DNA of 64,000 bases from NCBI GenBank assembly GCA_963666315.2, contig CAXXHG010000010.1:96001-160000 (forward strand), given 5' to 3'. The notes below the pieces were generated by a model. The model was given only the letters and a program-made list of their open reading frames with translations. It ran no database searches and was not told where the DNA came from. Position numbers and translations under genes: made by a program. This document shows positions 18,878-30,105 of the stretch, one piece after another; positions within the stretch are counted from its first letter, which is position 1; the number at the start of each line of letters is the position of its first letter. This DNA comes from Candidatus Binatia bacterium (GTDB taxonomy: Bacteria > Desulfobacterota > Binatia > Bin18).

Positions 18878-21097
18878 TTAAAATGCATTTTTCCCCGCTG
18901 AGGTAATGCCGATGAGCGATAAGGACAAACGAAACTCCACCTCGCTCGGGTTGACTTTATCCACGATACCAAAATCAAACGCCCAACACTTTTGCGGTGA
19001 GAGGAACCGAAGGAAATAGCGGCTCCCGATAAATAAATCATCATTCAGGTCGTAGCGCGTAAAATAGGCCGCAGTCAGATATTCGTTAAAGCGAAAGATG
19101 AGACTTCCATTGACCTCTTTGAGCAGGCGGTCGGCAATGGTGCGATACGAGACACGGATGCTGGTCCGCCGCTGTAGATGACGCACCAAGGGACTAACTT
19201 CGGGCAATGGTCGCGGGTCGCGGAGAAACCCACCTATGCGCGCGGCAATCACATCCCCACGCTCAAAGTCATAGGTCGTATATGCAGAAAGGGTGAAAAA
19301 AGGAAGTGGTCGAAACTGCGCATGAAGATCAACATCTGAAAAATGTTGCTCTTTTTCGCTGTCGGCACCAGGCGGGGCACCTGAGTTGAGCCCAAACTCT
19401 TCTCCTCCTTCCCGCAAGCCACGGCTTGGATCATAGGCATGTGTAATAGACAAACGTGCCAGTTCGCGGATAGTTGTCCCCTGGTTCGAGGTGCCAGGGA
19501 CAGGGGAGAATTTTCCGAGCAGACGATTGGATACGCCATAGGCGAAAAGGCTACGTTTATTAATCCGATCCAAAGCATCATACAGAGGCAGGTCGTCTTG
19601 ATCGACCGGCGGCACATAGGAAAATGAAGCATGCGGCTCAACCACATGTTGTAGTTTCAGCAGTCCTCCCCAGCCGACATCATACACCCGCGATAAGCGT
19701 GTCTCGATTTCAGCCTGGAGCTGGATGAGTTCTCGTGCCTGGTTCCGGCGCAGACGGCCTGAGCCAGGCAGAGCCCGCCTGCCCGGTGCCCGGGAACTCA
19801 TATGGTAGACAGTCTCCCGCGCCGTCACTTTGACTGAACCAAAAAAATACCTCCCCAGCGAGAATGGTACGGATATCCATGGGGCCAGATCGAACCGCTG
19901 TCCGTAGTAGCCACGGTTCCGAAAGAAATGGCTGCCTTCTACGGTAATCCCGGCTTCAAGGCGGTCGTGCCAAAAACGCTGATGGCCTTGGAAATGTATC
20001 TGCGGCAGCACCTGGAAAGCATTATCCTGGTCGCCGCGGAGATCTTGATAATAGCGTGCCTCCGAACGCAGTTGCGCCTGCTTCCAGGTCTTGACTGTCC
20101 CTACTCGTGAGTCGGTGAACCGCCGCGAGCGTAGCTCGCGGTCCTCTAGCCTGGGATGAAATGACATATTTATCTCGCGTAAAAAGAAGTCATCACTGAC
20201 AAGAAACAAATCACTATACAGATCGATGTCATCCGCTAGACCTTGTCGGTGCACCCCGGTTACACTCCAGCGATCGATGGGAGAGGTTGTCGAGGCTGGG
20301 CCACGGATCCGTTCATTAAAGTACGAGGCAGAGAATTCTCCCTCTGTCCGCTCGTTGGGAGCATAGCGGTACTCGCCTAAGAGTCCGATGCGGGCGGACG
20401 TTTCCACGTCTGCCGTCAGCGTCAGATCCTGGCTCTTACTCATTGCCCAGTAGAAGGGCTGCTGCCACTGGAAACCACGCTTACTCGAAAAGCTGTATTG
20501 GGGCGCAAGCAGACCAGTCTGTCGTTCCTTGCGAACGGGAATGAGTGCATACGGCACATACAACACCGGGACATCGCGTATGCGAAACAACCCGCCTCGA
20601 ATTTTACCAGTTCCGCCTACGGTGAGATCGAAATCTCCCGCACCGATACTCCAGTCTGCATCCTCCATCGTGTCACATTCACACGTAGTTATCGACCCGT
20701 CTTCGATATGGTAACTTTGACCATAGAATTTCTGGAGCTTTTTCCCGGTTATGGTGTATTGATTACGCCGGAGATGAACCGTCCCGTTCTGGATCTCACC
20801 GGTTTCGTCCGTCAACTCCAGCTGCATCGCCTCAGCCTGAACATCGCCCTGCGGGTCTGTTAATACAACATGGCCGCGCGCCATCAATTCATTCTTGGTT
20901 CGCCTGACCGTGACGGTATCTGCGGTCAGTGTGGTTTGTCCCTTGGTGACGACGACATTGCCTTCGGCAGTCACCGTCTCGCCTTGCTCCTCATAGGTCA
21001 ACGTGTCGGCCAGCACCCGCATCTCCTCTTGCTCCTGGGCCGACACGCACGGCACGTTCACTAAGCAGAGAAAGTAAAAGAAAAGACTGTGCCGCAT
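18878..21097 (-). CDS. lptD: LPS-assembly protein LptD
   Basis: Signal peptide, OstA-like N-terminal domain (AEGNVVV), TTC, RQTGLLAP, beta-barrel C-terminus. Confidence 0.88.
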   Translation of the reverse strand: MRHSLFFYFLCLVNVPCVSAQEQEEMRVLADTLTYEEQGETVTAEGNVVVTKGQTTLTADTVTVRRTKNELMARGHVVLTDPQGDVQAEAMQLELTDETGEIQNGTVHLRRNQYTITGKKLQKFYGQSYHIEDGSITTCECDTMEDADWSIGAGDFDLTVGGTGKIRGGLFRIRDVPVLYVPYALIPVRKERQTGLLAPQYSFSSKRGFQWQQPFYWAMSKSQDLTLTADVETSARIGLLGEYRYAPNERTEGEFSASYFNERIRGPASTTSPIDRWSVTGVHRQGLADDIDLYSDLFLVSDDFFLREINMSFHPRLEDRELRSRRFTDSRVGTVKTWKQAQLRSEARYYQDLRGDQDNAFQVLPQIHFQGHQRFWHDRLEAGITVEGSHFFRNRGYYGQRFDLAPWISVPFSLGRYFFGSVKVTARETVYHMSSRAPGRRALPGSGRLRRNQARELIQLQAEIETRLSRVYDVGWGGLLKLQHVVEPHASFSYVPPVDQDDLPLYDALDRINKRSLFAYGVSNRLLGKFSPVPGTSNQGTTIRELARLSITHAYDPSRGLREGGEEFGLNSGAPPGADSEKEQHFSDVDLHAQFRPLPFFTLSAYTTYDFERGDVIAARIGGFLRDPRPLPEVSPLVRHLQRRTSIRVSYRTIADRLLKEVNGSLIFRFNEYLTAAYFTRYDLNDDLFIGSRYFLRFLSPQKCWAFDFGIVDKVNPSEVEFRLSLSLIGITSAGKNAF

Positions 21098-21113
21098 GAC
21101 CCACGCTGCTTTC

Positions 21114-22427
21114 TCAGATGGTTCCGGACGAGTCTTGAGCCGCTTGTTGCGCTCGGGCTAGGGGAGGGTCAGAAAAAAGCGGCAAGACTTCGCCAGCCAA
21201 GAAGAGTGATCCACACACAACAATCACATCGTGCGGTCCGGCTTCAGCCAGCAGTTGTCGGCAGGCCGTCTGCGCCCCGGTCACAACCCGAACCGGGCAA
21301 TGAGAGGAAAAAGCCGCGTGGACCGTATATGGATCTTCCGCGCGGGGTTGTGCAACGGCCGTCACCACGACCTGGGAGGCGATCCGCCCCAGAATAGGCA
21401 CCATCGCCCGCCAATCCTTGTCTCGCATAACTCCGAATAAAAAGATCACGCGTTTATCTGGGGCAAGAAGACGGAGTTCAGCCATCAACGTTTCCATGGC
21501 CTGCATATTATGCGCGCCATCGACAATCACAAAAGGGCGAGCAGAGACGATATCCAGCCGGCCCGGCCAGGTGACCGATTGGAGCCCGATAGAAATCTGG
21601 GCCGTCGTAACCGGGAAGACTGCCTGGATACATCCTAGGGCAGCACATGCCACAGCCGCATTCCGCCTCTGAAACTTTCCGTGCAAAGAGACCGGCAGAT
21701 CATCCAACCGCCACGGCTGGCCCCGATATCGGCTGCGGCCTGACGCGTCTTCCTGAAGCGTAAAGTCCTGACCATATATGAGAGTCGGACTCTGGCGGTC
21801 TTGGGCGGCGCGGCGTAAAATCGACAGACTCTCGGATTCCAGCCTGCCTATGACCACTGGCACCCCAGGCTTGATTATCCCGCCTTTCTCGCGTGCGATA
21901 TCAGACAGCGTTGGACCAAGATACTGTTGGTGATCCAGCCCAATACTCGTAATCACAGACACAAGTGGAGAGAGCACATTTGTGGCATCCAGCCGCCCGC
22001 CTAAACCAACTTCTACCACCGCGAGGTCAACCCGCGTTTGGGCAAAGGCGCGAAAAGCCAGCACCGTCATCATTTCAAACGGAGTCAGTCGCAGCGCAGA
22101 AGGTGCTATGCACGCCCGAATTGCCGCCACGCCATCCACCACTTCTTGCTCGGTGATGTATCGCCGTCCCAGCCGAATCCGCTCACAAAAGTCAATCAGA
22201 TGTGGAGAAGTAAACAAGCCCACCCGGTAGCCTGCTGCGCTCAGGACGGCATGCAGCATTGCCGCAGTTGATCCTTTCCCGTTTGTTCCGGCAATGTGGA
22301 TAGCAGGGAACTGGGCATGCGGCTCGCGACACAGGCGCAGCGCGTGAGTCGTACGGTCAAGTTTGAGGTCCATACGCTCGACCTCAAGGCCATACAACCA
22401 GGCCAGCGTATCAGAGTAGTGCGGCAT
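21114..22427 (-). CDS. folC: Folylpolyglutamate/dihydrofolate synthase
   Basis: HIAGTNGKGST, FTSPHL, EVGLGGRLDATN, DGAHN, GSLFLAGE; start set at ATG22427. Confidence 0.93.
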   Translation of the reverse strand: MPHYSDTLAWLYGLEVERMDLKLDRTTHALRLCREPHAQFPAIHIAGTNGKGSTAAMLHAVLSAAGYRVGLFTSPHLIDFCERIRLGRRYITEQEVVDGVAAIRACIAPSALRLTPFEMMTVLAFRAFAQTRVDLAVVEVGLGGRLDATNVLSPLVSVITSIGLDHQQYLGPTLSDIAREKGGIIKPGVPVVIGRLESESLSILRRAAQDRQSPTLIYGQDFTLQEDASGRSRYRGQPWRLDDLPVSLHGKFQRRNAAVACAALGCIQAVFPVTTAQISIGLQSVTWPGRLDIVSARPFVIVDGAHNMQAMETLMAELRLLAPDKRVIFLFGVMRDKDWRAMVPILGRIASQVVVTAVAQPRAEDPYTVHAAFSSHCPVRVVTGAQTACRQLLAEAGPHDVIVVCGSLFLAGEVLPLFSDPPLARAQQAAQDSSGTI

Positions 22428-22476
22428 CCCTTCCTTCTGAGGTACAGACTGAGATACAGATTTCGGGGATATCGCG

Positions 22477-23343
22477 CTAGGCGGACAGATCCGACTCCGC
22501 CGACTGAGAATCGGCACGCTGTACAGGGTCGCACAGCATCCCCAGCAGTTGGTGTATGACTCGACGCAAATCTTTGCGCTCAACAATCAGGTCAACCATG
22601 CCATGCTTGAGGAGGAACTCTGCCCGCTGAAAACCAGGCGGGAGCTTCTCCCGTATGGTCTGCTCAATGACACGTGGACCGGCAAAACCAATCAAAGCAC
22701 CTGGTTCAGCAATATTAATATCACCCAGCATACCCAGCGACGCCGCCACCCCACCTGTGGTGGGATCGGTCAACACCGACAGATAGGGAAGATGCGCCGC
22801 ACGCAAACGACCCAGCGCCATAGTCACCTTTGCCATCTGCATCAGAGACAAGACCCCTTCTTGCATACGGGCCCCACCAGAGGCAGAGAAAAAAATCACG
22901 GGGAGCTTATCCACAAGGGCGTATTCAACGATGCGGGTCAACTTTTCTCCAACCACCGTCCCCATACTGCCGCCAAGAAATGTAAAATCAAAACAACCCA
23001 ACGCGATACGACGGCCCTCAATGGTCGCGACACCACACACGACGGCTTCTTCTCGTCCAGACCCTCTACGGGCGCTCTCCAATCGACTGAGATAGGGTTT
23101 TTTGTCAGTAAACGTGAGCGGGTCGTTTGAATTCAGCCCCCGTTCGCGTTCGATGAATGAGCCGCGATCAACGATGGTGAGTAGCCGTTGTTCAACTGTC
23201 AGACGAAGATGCGCCCCGCATTTAGGACAGATAAAGAGCCGCCGCTCAACTTCCTTGCGGAAAAGAATTTCTTGACAGGTAGAGCACTTGAGCCAAATGG
23301 CTTCTGTCTCCGCTTGCCCTGGTTTCTGTTTTTGCCCCGTCAT
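22477..23343 (-). CDS. accD: Acetyl-CoA carboxylase carboxyltransferase beta subunit
   Basis: Zn finger CSTC..CPKC, GGSMG, SGGARMQEG, GFAGPRVIEQT. Confidence 0.95.
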   Translation of the reverse strand: MTGQKQKPGQAETEAIWLKCSTCQEILFRKEVERRLFICPKCGAHLRLTVEQRLLTIVDRGSFIERERGLNSNDPLTFTDKKPYLSRLESARRGSGREEAVVCGVATIEGRRIALGCFDFTFLGGSMGTVVGEKLTRIVEYALVDKLPVIFFSASGGARMQEGVLSLMQMAKVTMALGRLRAAHLPYLSVLTDPTTGGVAASLGMLGDINIAEPGALIGFAGPRVIEQTIREKLPPGFQRAEFLLKHGMVDLIVERKDLRRVIHQLLGMLCDPVQRADSQSAESDLSA

Positions 23344-23360
23344 GCCTCGCTCTCCGTAGA

Positions 23361-24212
23361 CTAGGATTGTGGTGACGACACCGCCTGTCTATCGCCACGC
23401 AGAGAGATTGTTGCCACACCGCGCAAAGCGGATTTAAGTTGGGCAACAAACGCCCCGACGCGCTCAACCATATCAGCTTGCCCCAGGGATTGCTCAATAA
23501 TCTGCGAGATCGCACTCCCAACAATCGCCGCATCCGCAACTCCCGCGACCTGGGCTGCCTGCTCAGGAGAGGAAATACCAAATCCTACCCCGACCGGCAC
23601 AGGCGATATGGCGCGGATGCGGCGGACCATATCACCCAAGTCCGCCGGTAATGTCGTCCGTGCTCCCGTCACCCCGGTCACCGCAACATAGTAGATAAAT
23701 CCTCGGGCACGAGTCAGTACGGCTTGCGCTCGGGCCAGAGAACTTGTTGGCGCAAGCAGAAAAATCATGTCCAGATCATGCAGGTCGGTTGCCCGCTTCA
23801 GCTCATCGGCTTCTTCGGGTGGCAGATCCACACACAAGACCCCATCGACCCCAGCCCGGCGAGCATCCTCGGCAAACCGCTCTCCGCCGTACCGAAAAAT
23901 CGGATTGTAATATCCCATAAGAAGAATAGGGACCGAGAGCGACTGCCGCAGTCGGCTCACTAAACCGAGGATATGCGACAGAGAAGTCCCATTTCGCACG
24001 GCACGTTCCGCCGCCCGCTGCAGCGTCGGGCCGTCAGCCATCGGATCGGAAAAGGGTACCCCAAGCTCGATTATATCTGCGCCCTGACGCACCATCTCCT
24101 GGACGAGCGCAAAGGTCGTTTGAATATCCGGATCACCGGCAGTAATGAAAGGGATAAGCGCCACCTCACCACGTGCCCGTAAAGCGCTAAAGGTCTGAGA
24201 AATTCTCGTCAT
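23361..24212 (-). CDS. trpA: Tryptophan synthase alpha chain
   Basis: [29 protein letters not shown]. Confidence 0.96.
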   Translation of the reverse strand: MTRISQTFSALRARGEVALIPFITAGDPDIQTTFALVQEMVRQGADIIELGVPFSDPMADGPTLQRAAERAVRNGTSLSHILGLVSRLRQSLSVPILLMGYYNPIFRYGGERFAEDARRAGVDGVLCVDLPPEEADELKRATDLHDLDMIFLLAPTSSLARAQAVLTRARGFIYYVAVTGVTGARTTLPADLGDMVRRIRAISPVPVGVGFGISSPEQAAQVAGVADAAIVGSAISQIIEQSLGQADMVERVGAFVAQLKSALRGVATISLRGDRQAVSSPQS

Positions 24213-25399
24213 ACGCCGGATTCCCCGAGGAAGTGGGCTACGCTTTGCAAATCCTTATCACCGCGGCCAGAAATATTGATCACCACAATAGTATCCGAGG
24301 GTAGTTGAGGCACGAGGGTCACCGCATACGTCACGGCATGGGCACTTTCTAGAGCAGGAATAATCCCCTCGGTCTCAGCCAAAAGCTGCATGCCTTCAAC
24401 CGCCTGCGTATCTTGGACCGCGACATACTGAATCCGCTGTTGGTCGTTCCAATAGCTCAGTTCCGGCCCGACGCCGGGGTAGTCCAACCCAGGGGCAAGA
24501 GAGTGGGTTGCCGCAATAAGTCCCGTCTCATCCTGCAGTAGATACGTCTTACTGCCGTGCAGGACACCGATCTGACCATTGGTGATCGACGCCGCGTTTT
24601 GTCCTTCTCCCAATCCTCCGCCTTCTACACCTATCATCCGTACCGTTGGGTCCGTCAAAAACGGGCTAAACAAGCCCATCGCGTTACTGCCCCCACCAAC
24701 ACACGCGATAAGATAGTCAGGAAGACGTCCTTCCTTTTGCCGGATTTGCCTTTTTGCCTCGTGGCCGATGACAGATTGGAAGTCTCGTACAAGCATCGGA
24801 TAGGGGTGAGGGCCGGCCACTGTTCCAATAACGTAGAAAGTATCCTGGACCTGGGTGATCCAGTCACGCAATGCCTCATTCATGGCATCTTTCAGAGTCT
24901 GACTGCCACTTTTTACCTCGCGCAGTGTTGCCCCTAACAACCGCATCCGAAAGACGTTCGGCGCTTGACGAACGATATCTTCACTGCCCATAAAGACTTC
25001 GCACTCAAACCCGAGCAGCGCAGCAACAGTCGCCGTTGCTACTCCGTGCTGCCCAGCCCCAGTTTCAGCGATCAAGCGGTGTTTCCCCATACGTTTTGCT
25101 AAGAGCGCTTGGCCTATCGTGTTATTGATCTTATGCGCTCCGGTGTGGCACAAATCTTCGCGTTTTAAATAGACCTTTGCTCCGCCAAGACGTTCGGTCA
25201 GTCGTACGGCATACGTGAGCGGGGTCGGTCGGCCTACATACTCATGTTGCAAGTCTCGCAACGCGCGTCTAAAGACAGGATCCCGCCGGCATTGCCGATA
25301 GACCTCTTCGAGCTCGATCAAGGCTGGCATAAGGGTTTCCGCAACATAGCGGCCCCCATATGCCCCAAAATGTCCGTGTTTATCCGGCAGTCTTGGCAT
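24209..25399 (-). CDS. trpB: Tryptophan synthase beta chain
   Basis: [39 protein letters not shown]. Confidence 0.97.
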   Translation of the reverse strand: MPRLPDKHGHFGAYGGRYVAETLMPALIELEEVYRQCRRDPVFRRALRDLQHEYVGRPTPLTYAVRLTERLGGAKVYLKREDLCHTGAHKINNTIGQALLAKRMGKHRLIAETGAGQHGVATATVAALLGFECEVFMGSEDIVRQAPNVFRMRLLGATLREVKSGSQTLKDAMNEALRDWITQVQDTFYVIGTVAGPHPYPMLVRDFQSVIGHEAKRQIRQKEGRLPDYLIACVGGGSNAMGLFSPFLTDPTVRMIGVEGGGLGEGQNAASITNGQIGVLHGSKTYLLQDETGLIAATHSLAPGLDYPGVGPELSYWNDQQRIQYVAVQDTQAVEGMQLLAETEGIIPALESAHAVTYAVTLVPQLPSDTIVVINISGRGDKDLQSVAHFLGESGV

Positions 25400-26015
25400 T
25401 GTGGATGAAAGTATGTAGTTTTTCTATGTCTTTGCGCCCTGGTGCAAATTCAACACCGCTGGCAACATCGATCGCCCACGGCCTCACAGTTCGGACCGCC
25501 TCAGCAACATTCTCGGGCGTTAATCCACCTGCTAGAATTATGCGCTCAAGAAATGGGACGGGCAAAGATGCCGCCTGTTCCCAGGCAAACGTTTTGCCCG
25601 TTCCTCCGTATCGGCCCGGTCTATACGTGTCAAGCAGGACATAGTCCGCCTGAGAGCGTGCCACACGTTCTAAAAGTCCGGCCAGTGACTCATGCTGCGG
25701 TACACGCACGGCCTGGATAGTCTGTACGGACCATCCCTCCAGGGCAGTCGTATCCTCATCGCCGTGAAACTGGATGGCGTCCAGCTCCAGGGATTCGACG
25801 AGAGCGGCAATCTGTGTACGCGCGGCGTTTACAAAAACGCCAACGCACAGCACATGACCGGGCAGGGCAGCTCGAATCTCTTGGGCTGTCGTCTCAGCAA
25901 CTGCACGCGGACTCCGCGGATAGAAATTCAGTCCAATGAGGTCGGCCCCAGCCTGGACGGCGTACTGGGCATCAGCGACGCTGGTCACGCCACATATTTT
26001 CACGCGTATGGACAT
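25380..26015 (-). CDS. trpF: Phosphoribosylanthranilate isomerase
   Basis: VKICG, QFHGDE, GGTGKTF, LAGGL, DVASGVE; start set at ATG26015. Confidence 0.95.
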   Translation of the reverse strand: MSIRVKICGVTSVADAQYAVQAGADLIGLNFYPRSPRAVAETTAQEIRAALPGHVLCVGVFVNAARTQIAALVESLELDAIQFHGDEDTTALEGWSVQTIQAVRVPQHESLAGLLERVARSQADYVLLDTYRPGRYGGTGKTFAWEQAASLPVPFLERIILAGGLTPENVAEAVRTVRPWAIDVASGVEFAPGRKDIEKLHTFIHNAKTAG

Positions 26016-26022
26016 GGCGCAT

Positions 26023-26805
26023 TTAGGAGACCCGGCCCAACAAGCTCCGCAGTGGGACTCCAGGATCCGGGGCAGCCATGAAGGTCTCACCAATGAGAAA
26101 AGCCCGGACGCCCTGTGCCTCTAGCCGATCTAATTGGTCTGTGGTTGAAAGCCCACTCTCGGAAACAACACACACATCTGGCGGCAGTCCCCTGACTAGT
26201 CGTTCGCTCGTTTCAATAGTCGTGCGAAACGTCCACAAGTCACGATTATTGATACCGAGCAACTGCACCCCACAGGCGAGCGCTCGTGCCAACTCTTGCT
26301 CGTCATGCACTTCCACCAGACAATCAAGATCGAGTGTTTTTGCGAGGCCGCTCAATTCTTGTATCTGGGCATTTTCGAGTATGGCCACAATGAGCAGTAT
26401 CGCACTCGCCCCAAACGCGCGCGCTTCATAGACTTGGTAGTCATCAAACACAAAGTCTTTTCGGAGCAACGGCAACGTCACGTGCTGGCGGATCTTTTGG
26501 AGGGACTCGAGGCTGCCCTGGAAAAACTTCTTTTCCGTGAGAACCGAGATCGCCGCTGCGCCTGACGCGGCATATATTTTCGCCAGGGCAAGCGGGTCAA
26601 AATCTTCGCGGATGACACCTTTGGAGGGAGATGCCTTTTTCACCTCAGCAATAATCGCACGACCAGAGCAGGATTGCAGTGCGCTCAGAAAGCCTGGAAC
26701 AGGCGCATGGAACAGTGCCAGATCCTGCAGTTGGGCACGTGATAGCGTTTTTTTTTGGACGGCGACTTCTTCTCGCTTAGCAGCAACAATATCGTCAAGA
26801 ATCAT
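26023..26805 (-). CDS. trpC: Indole-3-glycerol phosphate synthase
   Basis: IIAEVKKASPSKG, LRKDF, GINNRDL, VSESG. Confidence 0.96.
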   Translation of the reverse strand: MILDDIVAAKREEVAVQKKTLSRAQLQDLALFHAPVPGFLSALQSCSGRAIIAEVKKASPSKGVIREDFDPLALAKIYAASGAAAISVLTEKKFFQGSLESLQKIRQHVTLPLLRKDFVFDDYQVYEARAFGASAILLIVAILENAQIQELSGLAKTLDLDCLVEVHDEQELARALACGVQLLGINNRDLWTFRTTIETSERLVRGLPPDVCVVSESGLSTTDQLDRLEAQGVRAFLIGETFMAAPDPGVPLRSLLGRVS

Positions 26806-27824
26806 ACTGTTTCCGCATGCGTTAACGGAATCAAGCGTTCCAGCGTCCGCGCAGCAGCTCCGCTATCAACCGTTTTCTCAGCAAGTTGCACTCCCGCCAG
26901 CAATGACTCTACAGCGTCTCCAGCGTAGAGAGCTGCTCCAGCATTGAGCAGAACGATGTCCCGGTGAGGCCCCGGCGCTCCCGCTAATACGGATCGAATG
27001 ATGTCAGCCGACTCCTGAGCACTCGAGACCTGCAACTCTGACAACTGGCAGCGCGGGAAGCCAAAGTCTTCCGGATCGACGCTGAACGACTGAACTCCTT
27101 GAGGGCCCCACTCCGCAATGGCGGTTGGGCCGGTAAGAGAAATTTCGTCTAGCCCGTCCTCCCCATGGACCACCAAGGCATGCGTGCTTCCCAATCGACC
27201 CAGCGCTTCAGCCAACGGCTGCACCCAGCGCTGGTCAAATACCCCGACGAGTTGATAGCGCGCCCCAGCCGGATTCGTCAGCGGTCCAAGAATATTGAAC
27301 ACCGTCCGTATTCCGATTTCCCGACGCGGCCCAACCGCATGGCGCATAGCCCGATGAAAAGCCGGTGCGAATAAGAATCCGAACCCAATCTCGCGCATGC
27401 AGTGTTCCACCCGCTCTGGAGACAGCTCGATGCGCGCCCCGAGCGTTTCCAGAACATCCGCTCCTCCGACGCTCCCAGACATCGCCCGATTGCCATGCTT
27501 AGCCACACACAGACCCGCTGCGGCAACAACAAAGGCGGAACAGGTCGAAATATTAAACGTGTGACAGCCATCACCACCAGTGCCACAGGTATCGACTACT
27601 GCCCGTCCCGGACGAACTCGTGTCGCCATCGATCGCATGGCAAGGGCTGCTCCAGAGATCTCAGCAACCGTTTCGCCTTTGATATGCAGCGCAGTCAACA
27701 AAGACCCAATCTGAGCTGGCGTCGCTTGTCCGTCCATCAGATCTGCAATGGTCTGATGCATCTCTTCTTCGGTGAGATCAAGACCAGCTGTCACGCGAAT
27801 AATGGCATCTTTGAAGGTCATCAC
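26802..27824 (-). CDS. trpD: Anthranilate phosphoribosyltransferase
   Basis: DTCGTGGDG, FNIST, KHGNR, FNILGPLTNP, DGLDE. Confidence 0.96.
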   Translation of the reverse strand: MMTFKDAIIRVTAGLDLTEEEMHQTIADLMDGQATPAQIGSLLTALHIKGETVAEISGAALAMRSMATRVRPGRAVVDTCGTGGDGCHTFNISTCSAFVVAAAGLCVAKHGNRAMSGSVGGADVLETLGARIELSPERVEHCMREIGFGFLFAPAFHRAMRHAVGPRREIGIRTVFNILGPLTNPAGARYQLVGVFDQRWVQPLAEALGRLGSTHALVVHGEDGLDEISLTGPTAIAEWGPQGVQSFSVDPEDFGFPRCQLSELQVSSAQESADIIRSVLAGAPGPHRDIVLLNAGAALYAGDAVESLLAGVQLAEKTVDSGAAARTLERLIPLTHAETV

Positions 27825-27839
27825 TGTACCAACCGTATC

Positions 27840-28478
27840 TTAATCTGAGACGAGAAATGCCTGAGTGAATTTTCCTTCTCGTCGGAAGCGAGATGCCACA
27901 AGCTGCGCCTCTGTTTGCGTGAATGTCCCCACGCGTATGCGATACCAGACTTCGCCATTGCGGGTAATCGTGTTCACTGCTGCCGCGTGTCCTTGTCTGC
28001 GCAGCTCGGCTGCCATATATTGAGCCGTGTGCCGCTTTTTCGTGACGTGGACCTGGATGCTCCAGCTTCCCGAGCCCGGTCCCTGTGCTTTCCGAATCTC
28101 CGGTTTGGCCGTACTCTTGGATACCACAGGCTGCGTGGCCGCAGGTGCGTTCTCTCTCAGCCGAGTTGCTGGGGAGGCCGTCGGCGCAGGGACAGGATGC
28201 GGAGAGAGGCCGTGTGGCGGGGATGCCCGCTGTAAGAGGTGTTCCTCGACAAGAGGGAGAGATGGTGGGGAAGCGCGGGTCCGAGCTACATCTTCAGAAG
28301 CGTGGATGGGAAAACGGACCGTACGCGTCTCCTGCGCAGTCTTGTACGCTTGCACTTCTTTTCCAATGTATACCCCAAAAGCAAAAACAAGGAAGAAACT
28401 GGTCAGGGCACTCAGGAACAAGATACATCCTTCGGAGAGATTAAAATGGAAGGCGTAGTGTTGCTCTGGCATAGCCAT
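27840..28478 (-). CDS. SPOR domain-containing membrane protein (FtsN/DedD-like)
   Basis: N-terminal TM segment, Pro/Ala-rich linker, C-terminal WSIQV...WYRIRVGTF. Confidence 0.85.
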   Translation of the reverse strand: MAMPEQHYAFHFNLSEGCILFLSALTSFFLVFAFGVYIGKEVQAYKTAQETRTVRFPIHASEDVARTRASPPSLPLVEEHLLQRASPPHGLSPHPVPAPTASPATRLRENAPAATQPVVSKSTAKPEIRKAQGPGSGSWSIQVHVTKKRHTAQYMAAELRRQGHAAAVNTITRNGEVWYRIRVGTFTQTEAQLVASRFRREGKFTQAFLVSD

Positions 28479-28501
28479 CCTCCCTGTCTATTCCTCATAT
28501 G

Positions 28502-28533
28502 ACAAAGGGGGAGCGATGCTCCCCCTTTGTTTT
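28502..28533. terminator. Hairpin downstream of rplQ, likely intrinsic terminator
   Basis: Perfect 13-bp stem ACAAAGGGGGAGC-gat-GCTCCCCCTTTGT with T-rich ends. Confidence 0.7.
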
Positions 28534-28590
28534 CCAATCCGAATTGATTCCTGCCGTTTTCCTTGCTACCGCCAGACGCCACTGCCACGC

Positions 28591-28989
28591 CTATGAGTTC
28601 GCAGCACGTCCCGCCACAGTCGATGGGTCGGCCTTACGTTCGGTAAATTCAACAAGAGAAATAGGAGCGGCATCCCCTCGACGTGGCCCTATCTTGAGTA
28701 CACGCGTATACCCTCCAGAACGACTCTGAAAGCGAGGAGCCACCTCGTCAAACAAGCGCTGGACGAGCCGGCGGCTCCCGAGATACGAAAAGGCCAAACG
28801 CCGCGCATGGACAGAATTCTTTTTGCCTAAGGTCACCATGCGGTCTGCCCATCTGCGCAGCTCTTTCGCTTTCGCATCAGTCGTCTGGATTTGTTCACGC
28901 AGCAGCAGTGCTTTAACTAAATTGCGCATGAGAGCTTTTCTATGTGCCGCTGTCCGGTTCAGTTTCCGCCCTGTTTTGAGATGTCGCAT
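28591..28989 (-). CDS. rplQ: 50S ribosomal protein L17
   Basis: MRHLKTGRKLNRTAAHRKAL, GGYTRVLK. Confidence 0.97.
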   Translation of the reverse strand: MRHLKTGRKLNRTAAHRKALMRNLVKALLLREQIQTTDAKAKELRRWADRMVTLGKKNSVHARRLAFSYLGSRRLVQRLFDEVAPRFQSRSGGYTRVLKIGPRRGDAAPISLVEFTERKADPSTVAGRAANS

Positions 28990-29018
28990 GTCCCACTTCC
29001 CCTTGTTTCGTCCCTTAT

Positions 29019-30044
29019 TTATGCCGGATTCCCCTCACGGGAGGCTCGCATTCTGTCCAGCTCCTCGCGAGTGGGAGGTTCGTCCAGATGCATGCCAAGC
29101 TCCAGCTCCATCTCGTGCAAGAGGTCCTTAATCTCGTTCAGAGATTTTCGGCCGAAATTCTTCGTCTTCAGCAATTCTGGTTCAGTCTTGACAATGAGTT
29201 CTCCGATGTAACGCAGGTCAGCGCTTTGTAAACAGTTGGCAGAACGGACCGAGAGATTGAGATCTTCGATGGGACGAAACAGATTTTCATTCGGCAGGGG
29301 CTGTTCTTCTTGCCTGTCCCGATCCTCAGAGCCTTCCCCTTCTTCTGCTGGACCCGAAAAGATCGTTAGCTGATCCTGGACAATTCGGGCAGCAGAAGCG
29401 ACGGCCTCTTTAGGACCTATGCTCCCATCGGTCCACACCTCTAGCGAAAGATGCTCAAAATCGGTCCGTTGTCCTACACGTGCACTGGTCACCGTCACAT
29501 TGACCTTACGGACAGGAGAAAATGCCGCATCTAGTGGGATCGTTCCAATGGGATCCTCTTCAGATTTATGCCGCTCAGCGATGACATATCCGCGACCTGT
29601 ACTCACCTCTGCTTCGAGGTCAAGTTGCGCATCTTTCCCCAGCTGGGCAACATGGGCTTCGGGGTTGATAATATCGACCTGGGGGCCGACAGAGAAGTCG
29701 CCGGCAGAAACACTCTTGGCCCCACGGACCTTGAGGGTCGCCGTTGCCGTATCGCCGTCGTGGAACCGAAATCGGATTTCTTTCAGGTTGAGTAACAGGT
29801 CGGTGACATCTTCTGTCATTCCAGGAATGGTAGAAAATTCATGGACGACATCTTGAATGCGCACCTTGGTAATGGCCGCCCCGGATAGCGAGGATAACAA
29901 GACCCGCCGCAACGTATTGCCTAAAGTCAAGCCGAATCCCCGCTCAAAGGGTTCCCCAATGAAACGGCCGTATGTTGAAGTCAAGGTTTTTTCTTCAACA
30001 TCGAGTATCTTGGGCTTCACGAGGTCACGCCAACTCTCCTGCAT
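29019..30044 (-). CDS. rpoA: RNA polymerase alpha subunit
   Basis: EPFERGFGLTLGN, LSVRSANCL, NFGRKSLNEI; start set at ATG30044. Confidence 0.97.
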   Translation of the reverse strand: MQESWRDLVKPKILDVEEKTLTSTYGRFIGEPFERGFGLTLGNTLRRVLLSSLSGAAITKVRIQDVVHEFSTIPGMTEDVTDLLLNLKEIRFRFHDGDTATATLKVRGAKSVSAGDFSVGPQVDIINPEAHVAQLGKDAQLDLEAEVSTGRGYVIAERHKSEEDPIGTIPLDAAFSPVRKVNVTVTSARVGQRTDFEHLSLEVWTDGSIGPKEAVASAARIVQDQLTIFSGPAEEGEGSEDRDRQEEQPLPNENLFRPIEDLNLSVRSANCLQSADLRYIGELIVKTEPELLKTKNFGRKSLNEIKDLLHEMELELGMHLDEPPTREELDRMRASREGNPA

Positions 30045-30105
30045 GCTGCTCCCTCTTTCGTCTTGCATCCGTACCCCACCCTGCTCTACACGTCGCTTTG
30101 CTACG